A DNA stretch of 63,550 nucleotides, counting the filler, from Neolecta irregularis DAH-3 (lineage: Eukaryota): NCBI GenBank assembly GCA_001929475.1. It is 5 parts of 5 records of this genome, joined end to end, with 100 filler letters (N's around TTAATTAATTAA, not from the genome) between each part and the next. Parts side by side here need not be neighbours in the genome. Positions count along the whole stretch, not along the records: positions 19,796 to 41,338 come from LXFE01000422.1; positions 41,439 to 43,157 come from LXFE01003642.1; positions 43,258 to 61,467 come from LXFE01000426.1; 2 more parts are not named here. The stretch is one strand, 5' to 3'. The stretch's first letter is position 1. Every line of letters starts with the position of its first letter. Positions 36,037 to 49,798 of this stretch are shown in pieces. The notes beneath the pieces are model-generated. The model was given only the letters and a program-made list of their open reading frames with translations, made no database searches and was not told where the DNA came from. Both the position numbers and the translations under genes were made by a program.

Positions 36037-37174
36037 TCACAGCAAGCTCTCCAGACGCGTAAACACTGCTGTCAGAATGGCGTGGATACAGCAGTTTACC
36101 CTGCAAAACACCAGCAACAACCTCCAGATGCAGTTCTTTATCCTTGTTGCCTTCTACTTCCTCCTGCACCATCCGCCCCAGATTCTGCCCAACAGCTCCC
36201 CCGCCGATTTTGATCCCAAACGGCCACTGTGAATAGCTGCTCAGCAGTTCATCCACCCGGCTAAACGCCTGTTCTCGAGCATCGTGGCTCAGATGTACAA
36301 GCGCATTCTCCAGGACATTTGCAGCGTAGGACGCACAAACCATCGCAACTGATCTGATTGCCCGGAATGGGAGGTGTTCTGGAAGATATTTGGTGCCCGG
36401 GAGCGACACTTGGCGGGCAGTGCAAATAGTGAGAACACGGCGACGAATCTCGTCTTTGGCAGTACTATCAACGACAGGATGGGTCGCCATGTCAAACAAT
36501 AGAAAGTTCTTCTTCTCTGTTCGAAGAATTCCCTTGTCCACTAGACCTTTTGCTAGCCGTTCTCGTACTTGCTTTAATTGGTATCCGATCTTCATCAGAT
36601 TCCATGTTTCGCCTGCATTGTCAGACCCTTGATATGATTACTATAATTTACCGCTCATCAGATCACACCAGGTGTTAATTGACAACTTTTCGCTTGCTTT
36701 GATCATCTTCAGAGCTTCGTCCAAGAGGACTTCGCCTGTGAGTTTCTCGTCGACAAGTTCGATTAACCGATCCGCGAGCGGGTATCGCTTCCTCGCATGG
36801 TCTTTCTGCATGGAAATTTTCCCCCGAAGGGCGAGCTCGATCAAAATGCATCCTCGAAGAGTGTACGATATGTTGTCGTTCCAAAAACTCAGATATCCCT
36901 ATGTTGTCAAGCTGGGTGCCTGTAGGGGTGGTGCCTGCTTGTCCTTCAATCCAAGTAGCAGGATTTCCTCCATCATAGTGAGTGGAGCCTGCTTGGATCG
37001 TTCTTCTCCTTCTGCAAGGTCCCGGGGATCAAATGCGATATGATGGTCGCAGTCCCTGCGGGAGTCGGTGTTAATTAGCGATGGAGAAGCAGATGCAGAG
37101 AGCGTTTCGTCTGTATCGCCATTGGGATTGCTGCTATTATTTACTCGGCGGCGAGAAAGGCCGCCGGTGGACAT
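36037..37174 (-). CDS. VPS74: Vps74/GOLPH3 Golgi PI4P-binding protein, 4 exons
   Basis: [52 protein letters not shown] intron 36899-36934. Confidence 0.96.
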
Positions 37175-37310
37175 TGCAGGAGGTTGGGGTGATGGTTGGG
37201 ATTAGTTACAGATGTGGAAACGGATTTAGTGGCAAGGCGCACCAAATACTATGCTCAAAAACAAAGACTACAACATGCACATCTTGCAATTTTGTTTACG
37301 AAAAATAGCA

Positions 37311-37842
37311 CTAGAGAGCTACAGGTTCAGTCAGCAGAGGAGACACAGATACCTTCAGCATGTTCCTCAATGTATTTGATAGCATCGCCAACGCTTTGTA
37401 TTGCATCCGCATCCTTGTCCGGGATCTCCAGGCTAAACTCTTCTTCAATTGCCATCACAACTTCGACAGTATCCAGACTGTCCAGCCCAAGGTCTTGGCT
37501 AAAACTTGATGTGGCCGAGAGCTATTGGGTAACTAAAAAGAAAGTGCGCGAGAAGAGAATTATTACCTTTTCAGGATTCTGCACTTTGTCGAATCCTGCA
37601 CTGGGTCAGCAAAGGGCCTTTGGAACATTCTTTCACCTTTCAGAATATCAATTATCCTGTGGGTCAGCCCAGCCTCATGCATAAGCGACATACCTTTTCT
37701 CAATGTCACTCCGTGAGAGACCGCTTTCAGCAGAGTAAAATCGTATCGCACCAGTAGAGAATACAGTCCGAGGTTGTGCCAAAACTATAGGCCTGGAAAT
37801 TCTCAAGAAGGATGATCGACAGGCGGTTCTGAGAAAAGACAT
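37311..37842 (-). CDS. ACP1: Mitochondrial acyl carrier protein (NDUFAB1), 5 exons
   Basis: Presequence; [20 protein letters not shown]. Confidence 0.96.
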
Positions 37843-37956
37843 TTCGAGTTTTGACGAATGAAAATCCCAAGAGGTGGGCACCCGATTGCAAAAACTCCAA
37901 ATCTGAAACTCCGACCTTGCAATCAAATGGGATCCCGCACAATTCAAACAGCCAAA

Positions 37957-38826
<870 letters not shown>

Positions 38827-38890
38827 GTAATAAAACGCTATGTAGGATGCACTTGCCGGGAATGACAGTAATACTATGCTCCAACACTTG

Positions 38891-40436
38891 TCATTCCTTT
38901 TCATAATCCAAGGGTTTTCCAATTCGACCTTCACGAATGTTGTTGTACTTGGATCTGGGATACCCGAGAATATTTCTTTCGGATGACTTCGATGGAATAG
39001 TTTCTTCGAATTCTTGGGACGTAGTTCCAATGATTGAATTTGGGTTATTTACCGGGTGATCACTAACCTTTAGCACTTGAAAATGGGGGTAGAGAAAGAG
39101 TTGTACCCAGAGGTCTCCCAGAACATTACTCCGCCGAGTTGATGGGACTTTACATACTTCTACAAAGTTTGAGCGACTTTACCAGTTGGGAGAAAATACC
39201 GCTTTGTAACGTGTACATTCAGGAGTATCGTAAGAAACCATCATTCGCTTCTTTGGGTCATAGGACCAGCTTGCACAAGACTTTTCATCTATTGAAACTC
39301 AGCCAAAGGCATTCAAGATCACTGTACCGAAATGCTCCTCTGCACCTTCAAGAGGCAATACCTTGTAATCAAACACTCCGTTCTCCCAGCTGCCTTGGCC
39401 GACACCGGAGAAAGGGGTTCCAGGACCGTCGGTCTCCAGAAATGATCTTCCATAAAGGGGAGATCCTGGATGCTTAGTTCCTTGTACTCGAAGGAACCTA
39501 TACCGAGGACTAATTTACTAGCAGGAACACCAGCATTGATGTATGCTTCAACGGCCTATAAATATAAATACTGGACTTTGGTAAATGGAATATACCTGAT
39601 CTGTGTTGATTCCGTCTCCGTAAAGATTCGAAATATGACCTGCCTTTTGATCCCAGCTACCAGAATAATCATATCTAAGAACGATGAGAAATTTCCCTTC
39701 AAGAAGGGTTATACGCCATGAGATTCCAAAATGAGACGTACCGATTCATCTCCAGGATTCGAAGTTTCTCGTAGTCTCGCTTTCCACAGGGAGCAGCAAT
39801 TGTAAGGTACAGCTTTTCTTTTGACAACCCATTGAGACTGGCATAATCATCCAGACGTTCTCTCGTCATCTTGAGCAATGAGACAAAATCCTGAGCTTCC
39901 TGGTCATTCTGAGGGTATTCCCAATCGACTGTCTGTCAAAGAGAAGAGCATAAAGGGATTTATCTTACTATCAAGGCCATCGAAGCCAACATCTTTCATG
40001 ATACTGATAGCAGATTGAGCAAACTTTTCTCGTTTCCCCGGATCACCCACCATTGGAGCAAAGTTTGCGGAATAAGACCATCCTCCAATAGATAAGAGGA
40101 CCTTCATATTTCGATTTTCAGTCTTCAATTTGAATATTTGCTTGACGCATCCGTATGCATTGTCTCCAGTTTCATTCCACGAGTCTTCCGGATAATGCTA
40201 CAATCTTAGAAATCTCGCAATATAAATGAAAAACTTTTTCCAAGTCTGACCAGCAATCAGACAAATAAACTTCTCCGGTTTCTGGTCGTACATTTGCAAA
40301 TGCATACAAAAGGAAATCCAGTTTATCAGCTGGAATCTCTTGCGGCTGGAAGTTTCGGCCGTATATTGCCCTATAATAATAAATTTCAGCTTTAAGAACA
40401 CTGATACCAATTGACAAAATAGGCAAAGATATTCAT
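38891..40436 (-). CDS. GH18 chitinase, no signal peptide, about 10 exons
   Basis: [48 protein letters not shown]. Confidence 0.95.
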
Positions 40437-40619
40437 TTCGCAAGCCCAATAATCTCTGAAAAGAATTTTCTTCGGGGCACACGATATCCCTTTATTACCC
40501 AGGGTAAGCCCGATAGTTATCTTAACATTCGAAACAAATAATTAATTGTGGCGCTTATCCCAGACCTTGGATCCATTAAAATGAACTGCGGCAGTCATCC
40601 CAGATATTCGACACACTAA

Positions 40620-40700
40620 GGGTGCGTTTGGTGCGCGCCAAAATTTCGTAAAATGTGGCTTTTAATTCAGGCACGCGTTTGGTGCGCACCACACTTTGTA
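40620..40700 (+). mobile_element. Possible solo end of a Harbinger-type element
   Basis: TAA then GGGTGCGTTTGGTGCGC, with GCGTTTGGTGCGC repeated about 50 bp inside; starts like the MITE TIR at 27012; no partner TIR found. Confidence 0.5.
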
Positions 40701-41271
40701 AATATACTTTCCAAAAATTCGAATCTCAAGTGCGGAAACTAGAGAGGAGAACTCGCCCTAGACCCAGACCCAGAATACCCGTCTGGAGCAATTGGTACTC
40801 TACAATCTGCTATTACAAAGTCTAGATAGTATTTCAATCCCTAACACTTTGGAATAACAGTCTGAATAGCATCGCCTGGACCAATGGGCCAGCCCAGCCT
40901 CTGAAAATCTCGTGGGCTTTGGCCCACCCCAAGACGGGTTGTCTGATGAAGCAGGTGGCAGTACTGTTTGTGGGGGAATATGAAGTGTAGCAGCTGGTGG
41001 CAGCGAGGACATGCTTATAGCAAGGGTAGCAAGGCATGTAGGGGGAACAGCAGGAGCAGGGTCAGCGGCAACTTCCTACCACGAGATGGAGGGCTGCCCC
41101 ATGTCGCTCAGAATCTGTCCCAAGGGTTAAAGTCGAGAAAAGGATGGAGATGGAGTGAATGTGGCCGGGCCAAACAGGCCAAACTGGTGCGTGAGACGGG
41201 AAAGATGGGTGAGCCAGGCAGGAAAGATGGGTGGGCAAGGCTCGCGAGGTGGGCGGGCAAGACAGGTGTGC

Positions 41272-41338
41272 GGGAGGGATGGGAGAGGCAGGAGGGATGG
41301 GAGAGGCAGGAGGGATGGGAGAGGCAGGAGGGATGGGA
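41272..41338. repeat. 18-bp minisatellite (GGAGGGATGGGAGAGGCA)n running into a gap
   Basis: About 3.5 direct copies. Confidence 0.9.
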
Positions 41339-41438
41339 NNNNNNNNNNNNNNNNNNNNNNNNNNNNNNNNNNNNNNNNNNNNTTAATTAATTAANNNNNN
41401 NNNNNNNNNNNNNNNNNNNNNNNNNNNNNNNNNNNNNN
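41339..41438. other. Assembly spacer
   Basis: N-TTAATTAATTAA-N. Confidence 0.98.
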
Positions 41439-42495
41439 GCCGCCGCCGCCGCCTATAACAACACAGAGCCCGCAGCCCGCCCCGCGCAATGCCTCCCGCC
41501 CTCCTGCGCGCACGCGACTCTGGCGCAGACCCGCCGCCCGCCGACGCCGGCTCCGGCTCGACGCTCTTCGTGGGGCCCTCCACGCAGGTCGGTACGCGCC
41601 CCTGCCGCGTCCACGCTCACCCGCGCCCCCAGCAATGGTCGTGCTCTATGTCATCACCGGCACCGTCACCTGCCTGTTCCTCGTCATCATCGTCACCGGC
41701 GCCGTCAAGGCCGCCCGCCACCCCGACCGCTACGGCCCCCGCGGCTCCTCTGCCCACGGCCCCCCGCGTACTGCTCTGACTGACCGACCCGCCCTGACCG
41801 CCCCGCAGAGACTCGCGCCCGCGGAATCGCCCGCGCCCTGCTCGACACCTTCCCCACCGTCATCTTCCGCAGCGCCACCGCCACCGCCCTCCCCCCCGCA
41901 AAGCCCGGCAAGCTCGGCCTCGAGCTGGACAGAGCCGTCTCGCTCGACAGAGCCGTCTCGCTGGACAGGGCCGTCTCGCTCGACAGGGCCGGCTCCGCCC
42001 CAGACCCCCCGCCGCGCTCCGCCGACGGCCCCAACCCCCAGTGCCCCATCTGCATCGACGCCTTCCAGCCCGGATCGGAGCTGCGCATCCTCCCCTGCAA
42101 GCACCAGGTTTGGCCCTCCGCTGCGTCATTGACCGCTAGTTCCACGCCGCCTGCATCGACCCCTGGCTGCTCAAGGTCTCCGCCCTCTGTCCCCTATGGC
42201 ATCTCCCCGCGCCCGCCTCCTGCTCACATACAGCCGCTCCAACGTCGACCCCTCCGACCAGGGCTCCTCCGCGGAAGCCCCGCACCTGCCCGCCCCAGAC
42301 TCGGCACACTCGCGGCATCTCCATATCTTTGACAAATACATCGCAATCATGAGACCCCACCGCAGGTCCAGCAATCCAGGTGAAGTCGACTCGTCCGCAA
42401 TCGATTCCCTCAGACGCCACTCCCTGTTCAATAGGCACCCTCTCCCGTTGCAGTCCACTAACGAATCTTCCATCCCTCACGTTCCCCCTGCCTAG
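41439..42495 (+). CDS. Transmembrane RING-H2 E3 ligase (PA-TM-RING/RNF13-like), 5' truncated by gap
   Basis: TM VAMVVLYVITG...[57 protein letters not shown]; GC-AG intron 42199-42233. Confidence 0.9.
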
Positions 42496-42539
42496 CCTGA
42501 TTACCGCCGTCGCCTGATACCCGCCGTCTCGTCTCACTC

Positions 42540-43157
42540 GTTTATAATTCTCCGTTATAATTCTCCGTTATAGCTCCCGTTATAGCTCCCATTATAGCTC
42601 CCGTTATAGCTCTCCCGGTCATTTCAAGCCGGTTCATTTCTATTTATCTTTCTTGTTCGGAGCGGTTAATCTGGCGTTCAGTTACTCTTGTCGTCACCCG
42701 GCCGTTGTAGTAATATGATCAAAATATTATAATCTAATCCATAATCAATCCTTAGAATCTAATCTGAATCCTTGGAATCGGTCAATATTTCTTGAATTTT
42801 TCTCATCCATAAAGTCGTCTTGTCTTCATTTTTAATCTCTTTAGACTCCCCTTCAATCTCAGACTCCCCTTTAATCTCCCCTTCAATCTCAGACTCCCCT
42901 TCAATCTCAGACTCCCCTTCAATCGTCTTTTCCATACATTGTGCTATACGCCGAGCTCGACCTGTGATTTTCCGACGAATTCTACAAACTTTGCCAGATT
43001 CATTTTGTTGTAAATGAATAATTAAATCATCTACAAGTGACGAAACTTGTTGTGAATCCTCTAAAACACTCGTAATTCGAGATATATTTCGAGATGTATT
43101 AGATGTATTAGATGTATTAGATGTATTAGATGTATTAGATGTATTAGATGTATTAGA
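42540..43157. repeat. Cluster of short tandem repeats
   Basis: (GTTATAGCTCCC)-like units 42540-42612, (TCTCAGACTCCCCTTCAA)-like units about 42838-42923, (AGATGTATT)n about 43091-43157. Confidence 0.85.
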
Positions 43158-43257
43158 NNNNNNNNNNNNNNNNNNNNNNNNNNNNNNNNNNNNNNNNNNN
43201 NTTAATTAATTAANNNNNNNNNNNNNNNNNNNNNNNNNNNNNNNNNNNNNNNNNNNN
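43158..43257. other. Assembly spacer
   Basis: N-TTAATTAATTAA-N. Confidence 0.98.
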
Positions 43258-43282
43258 GGCGAGGGCGCGCACCGGGCCAGCC

Positions 43283-44023
43283 ATGTCTGCCTCCTCGGAC
43301 ATGGCCGCTGCCCCGCTCGTCGTCTCTGACGCTGCCGCCAAGGACATGGACATCGCACCCGCACCCGCACCCGCTCCCGCTCCCGCTCCCGCTCCCGACA
43401 TGGAGAAGCAGCCCTCGCCGCTCGCCGACTTCCCGCGCGCGACCATGGTCAACCCCACGCCGCTCGGCATCTCCGCGTTCGCCGTCTCGACGTTTGTGCT
43501 CGGCTTCTACCAGGGCCAGTTCGGCGGCCTGACCATCCCAAACGTCTTCGTGCCCGTCGCCTTCTTCTACGGCGGCATCGCGTCCTTCCTCGCCGGCCAG
43601 TTCGAGTTCTACATCGGAAACACCTTTGGCGCCGTCGTCCTCAACGCGTTTGGCGGCTTCTGGTTCTCCCTCGCCTGCGTCTACATCCCCAGCTTCAACA
43701 TCCTCGCCGCCTACGCCGCCGACCTCCAGCAGGGCTACTACGCCATCGCCATCTACCTCACCTCGTGGCTCATCTTCGTCACCATCATCGTCGCCGCCCT
43801 CCTCTCCACCCGCCGCTGGAGCCTCGTCGGCATGTTCAGCTGCATCTGGCTCAACTTTCTGCTCTCCATCATCGCCTTCTACAAGGACCCCCTCACCCAC
43901 CACAACGTCCTCAAGGCCGCCGGCTCCTTCTCCATCCTCGCCGCCATCTTTGGCCTCGCAAACACCGTCGAGGAACTAGTCACCCACGAAAACTCCCTCT
44001 TCACCATCCCCCACCAGCTATAA
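43283..44023 (+). CDS. Gpr1/Fun34/YaaH (Ato/Ady2-like) acetate/ammonia transporter, intronless
   Basis: NPTPLGISAF, FYGG..FLAG, GNTFG, FGGFW; 6 TM segments. Confidence 0.93.
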   Translation: MSASSDMAAAPLVVSDAAAKDMDIAPAPAPAPAPAPAPDMEKQPSPLADFPRATMVNPTPLGISAFAVSTFVLGFYQGQFGGLTIPNVFVPVAFFYGGIASFLAGQFEFYIGNTFGAVVLNAFGGFWFSLACVYIPSFNILAAYAADLQQGYYAIAIYLTSWLIFVTIIVAALLSTRRWSLVGMFSCIWLNFLLSIIAFYKDPLTHHNVLKAAGSFSILAAIFGLANTVEELVTHENSLFTIPHQL

Positions 44024-44065
44024 TAAAAATTATACTCTTATTAATACTAGTCTTGTTAATATTAC

Positions 44066-44560
44066 TTAATGATGTATCACATCTGTCACGCCTGTCACAT
44101 CCTCCGTAGTCTTGTCGCTCGCCCCCAACACCGTCCCTTGATACTTTTCTTCAGCCCCAAGCTCCGTTTGCTTGCACATCAACGCTAGCCGTCAGTTTTG
44201 CTGCCACGCGCACCCACTTGATAACCAGTCCCTCGTATCGCGACTGCCAACCCCAGACACCCGCCGCGCTTCCTGCACTGCTCCCCCTTTACACCACAGT
44301 ATAAACTCTTCAACCCCCTCCTCTTTAAAAAATACCCCTGTATTCTCAAATGCCCCTCGCAAATCCTCCAAATGCACACTGCTCCGTCCAGCCACTTCGG
44401 CAAAAGTCTTGGCCGTGCTCCCAAGTAAATCAATATACCGTATCAGAATATCCGTAAATGTGTCGATTACTGACGGTCGCGATTTATCAAAACCGGACGA
44501 TTGAAGAATTTGGGTCGCGCTGATTCTGCAGAGCGAAAAGAATAAACGGTCGTCTTTCAT
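44066..44560 (-). CDS. TAF3: Taf3-like bromodomain-associated histone-fold protein, 2 exons
   Basis: FFSLCRISATQILQSSGFDKSRPSVIDTFTDILIRYIDLLG..AEVAGR; DWL. Confidence 0.85.
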
Positions 44561-44638
44561 TACATAGACGTAGACGGTGACATGAAATAACGTGACTGTA
44601 ACGTGAAAAAACGTGACAACCATTCAATACCTTTCCTC
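44561..44638. promoter_or_regulatory. 78-bp bidirectional promoter region with three AACGTGA motifs
   Basis: Lies between divergent ATGs of TAF3 and RPB3. Confidence 0.6.
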
Positions 44639-45775
44639 ATGGATGTAAATGATTCCCAAGGTCCACAGGTCACCATTCGCCATATCAACCCCGACAGCGT
44701 GGATTTCATCCTAAGTAATGTAGACCTAGGGTACTCCTTTTTTTGTCCCTCTGACACAAGTTTTGCAAACTCTTTACGAAGGATAATCATCGCTGAAGTT
44801 CCAACCGTCGCGATCGACCTAGTGGAAATCGAAATGAACACCTCGGTTCTCGCAGACGAGTTTATCGCGCATAGACTTGGCATGATTCCTCTTGACTCAA
44901 GGAAAATCGATGGAAATCTGTTATATACGCAAGACTGCGACTGTGACCAACAATGTGATAAATGTTCGGTCATATTAACTTTGGATGCGAAATGTACCGG
45001 GGACGGTACCATGGATGTATCTACCCGTGATCTCGTAGTCCAAGGATTGCCGCCCCTCGGCAGTCCAGTGATCAGCGGTACATCCAATGTTTACAACCCT
45101 AATTTGTAGATTCAGAGGGAAAAGGCGTACTTATTTGTAAACTGCGCAAGGAACAAGAGTTAAAATTAAAATGTATTGCAAAGAGGGCAAGATTCACTGC
45201 AGAACATTCCTCATGTCCAGGGCATCGCCAAAGAACATGCGAAATGGTCCCCGGTAGCGGCAATAGGCTTTGAATACGATCCCTGGAATAAACTCAAACA
45301 TACAGATTACTGGTTTGAAGAAGACGCTGAGGCTGAATGGTACTAGTTTCTCTTGTTTATTAGTAATATTAGGCCAAAGAGCGCTAATGCTGAATGGGAG
45401 GATGCACCAAAGGATGGAGAACCGTTTGATTATAACGCCCAACCACACCGCTTCTACTTTGACGTCGAGGTTTATATTACAAGTTTACATTGATTGACAT
45501 ATAGACTGTTGGACAAATTCCTCCCAATGAAGTTATTTCCCAGGGCATAAAATATCTGCAGGGTAACATATTTTGTAATCCAACTCACTCTAGAAAAACT
45601 TGCTTTTGTGATTCGTGATTTGCAGCAAGGCGATCGAGTTGAGCCTCCATTTCAGCAGGGTGATACATTCAGAGGGACGGGGGAACCTGTTCCTGGTTGG
45701 GCCACGTCAAATGATAATACAGATGGTTGGGGCGCAACAAGTAATAGTACTTCTCGTTCACCTGGATGGGAATAA
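44639..45775 (+). CDS. RPB3: RNA polymerase II subunit Rpb3, 7 exons
   Basis: [47 protein letters not shown]; 30-nt intron 44731-44760; GC-AG intron 45187-45220. Confidence 0.98.
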
Positions 45776-45813
45776 ATATAACGAATGGGTGAACTTTTTC
45801 ACGTGAAAGTCTC

Positions 45814-46590
45814 ATGCTCCCAATCGCTACAAACCGGATATTCATCCGCCGTCGCCCCGTATCAATTAGAAAGAATGGTCACCGTTATATATCTTCATTC
45901 CAATCTCAAGCTCTGAAAACTAAAAGTCGCTCCTTTTTATTATACACGTTATCCGTGTTAATCGTGTGAAAACTCGTCTACACCATCTCATAACTAGGGC
46001 GGCATCGGCGTAACATATGCAGCTGTTCCTCTCTACCGGTTATTTTGCCAAAAGACTGGATTCGCAGGGACGCCAATGACCGATTCATCTAAATTCACGC
46101 CAGATCGTCTTGTTCCCGTTAAAAATAGCAGACGATTGAGAATTACATTCAACGGTAGCGTGTCTGATGCTCTTCAATGGCGTTTTGTTCCTCAGCAGCC
46201 GCAGGTACGTCTGGTCCCTGGAGAAACTTGCCTTGCTTTTTACACTGCCAAAAATAAAAGTAATACCGATATCATTGGTACCACCCATTATTTTCTGTTT
46301 AATTATCATAGGAATCGCAACGTATAATGTCACGCCAAGTAAAGTCGCGCCGTACTTTAATAAAATACAATGTTTTTGCTTTGAAGAGCAGAAACTCGCC
46401 GCTGGAGAATCGGTCGATATGCCTGTATTTTTCTTCATTGATCCTGAATTCGCAACAGATCCATATATGAAAGACGTGGATCTGATTACACTCTCCTACA
46501 CGTTCTTCAGTACACGCTCAAAAGTCTACGAGGCTAATATATTTAGAAGCGAAATACGATGATAATGGGGTTTTGGTCCCCGTTTCTTAA
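45814..46590 (+). CDS. COX11: Cytochrome c oxidase copper chaperone Cox11, 4 exons
   Basis: [37 protein letters not shown]. Confidence 0.97.
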
Positions 46591-47992
<1,402 letters not shown>

Positions 47993-48281
47993 TAAGCTCA
48001 GGCCATACTAACCCCCTCGTCCTTGAAATAAAGATTTTTCTCCACCACCTCTTTAAAATGGAAAATGATTCAATAAGCTATTGAAGATCTCGAATTTGGA
48101 AATATGAAACATCAAGCTTGGCGAATGTCAGCATAGATACAGCAATAGACTTGGGGTTAGGGCTAATTCTGGAATGGCACTCAAGTTCGTACCGTTGAGG
48201 TGACCTAGATCTAGAGGAATTCAAATTATTCTATAATATAGTTTCTCCAAATCCGATATCCAAACCCAAAACATTGTCCAA

Positions 48282-49798
48282 TCACCTACCGTTCAACCAA
48301 ATCTTATCCAGCAGTGGCTTCCGCACAGCGATGCCCCTTCCGCTAGGCGAAGAGACTTGCAGCATAGCCTGATTAAAGGCAGCCCCAAAACTGACAAAGC
48401 CCAGTCCGGTCATGACTATTTCAAATGCAAAACGATTGCTCTCGTTCCATGTACGCCGGATCGTCACCGCTTCTTTCATTTCTGGGCCAGTAGCCACAGT
48501 GGTTACTATAGGAATTTTCTTCATCACATCCGCAAGATCCAAATGGATTAATTCCTCGATCCGCTCTGTTCTGGCGACATGTGCGGGCAGATTAGTCTGC
48601 AATAGGAATGCCAGCGGCTTTGATGCAATGTCTGCCAAGTTGTCGATCTTGACGAGTCCACCAAGTAGTAGAGACTGTCCTAAAGTGTTAGGATTGTGAA
48701 ACCGACATGATTACCCGGCCCCAGCCACTCTGGTGTTTCCCGTCGCTCTTTTCGTATGATCATATCTAAAAGACGATCTTCTTGAATCCATCTAGTCAAA
48801 TCGCCTCCACTAGCCAAAAAGCCCGGCGTGTCAATAACGTGTCCGGTCTGGTTCTCGCCGAGCAATCCTCCAAAAGCAGCTTTATCCAGGGCTGTGAGAT
48901 CGACCGTTGTTCCTGGAACATGGCTCTTTGTTGGGAGACCCTCAGCCAGGCGTGCTCTTCGTGCAAGTGCTCCAATAATACTAGATTTTCCTACATTTGC
49001 CGGTCCCACAAAGTATACATCAGTAGACCCGGATGAATGTAATGTGATGAGATCTGCCAACTCTCTGATTCCCCAGCCTTTCTCAGCACTAACACAGAGC
49101 ACTTTAACCCACCGTCGTCCAAGAAGTATTGGTAACTCTGTTTGAAAGTACCGCAAGAGCTTTTTGTCGTCTCGTCGCTCTTTCTGAATAGCATCGATAC
49201 GGTTTACCACATAAATAACCCTAGTTTTGCTACCTGCTCGCGCTTCAATATCTTTGATTACACTCATCGGAAAGTCCATAACATCAACAATGTGAATTAC
49301 TAGCGGATTGTGGCTCTTTCGAATTTCCGTGAAGAAGGAAGCTTGAGATGAAGCACTTGGCAGCGGCTCTGGAGGAACTACTGCATCGGAGGGTAATCGA
49401 GCATGATGACGAAGAGAGTGACAACGTTCACAAACTGGATAATTTTCAGACCTCTTTTTCTTTCTTGGTTCGTAGTCAAGTTGAGTTTGATCCAACGGAA
49501 GTATTTTCTCTCTTATTTCGGGTGGTAGATTGGCATACGATGCGGAGAAGGCAGATAGCTCGAATCGTTCGTATTTCTTATTCTGAGTGTTTTCGAGCTG
49601 GAGTTTTGGGTGAAAAATTGCTCCACATCCAGAACATTTGACCGGTTTGTTTTGTACCGGCGGTCGTCGTTTAGAGTCACGCAAATCGGCCACGACTCGA
49701 CATATATTGAAATTTCGAAAAAGAATGGGAATAACGAGAGATCGTAGCTTCCAGCTAGATATACATGAGCAAGTCCTGCCGAAACGGCATGCAGACAT
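48282..49798 (-). CDS. Mitoribosome-assembly circularly permuted GTPase (Gep3/Mtg3, YqeH/NOA1 family)
   Basis: CSGCG and CERCH zinc knuckles, DVMDFP, NRID, GPANVGKS, PGTT, DTPG, GQSLLLGGL; termini uncertain. Confidence 0.88.
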
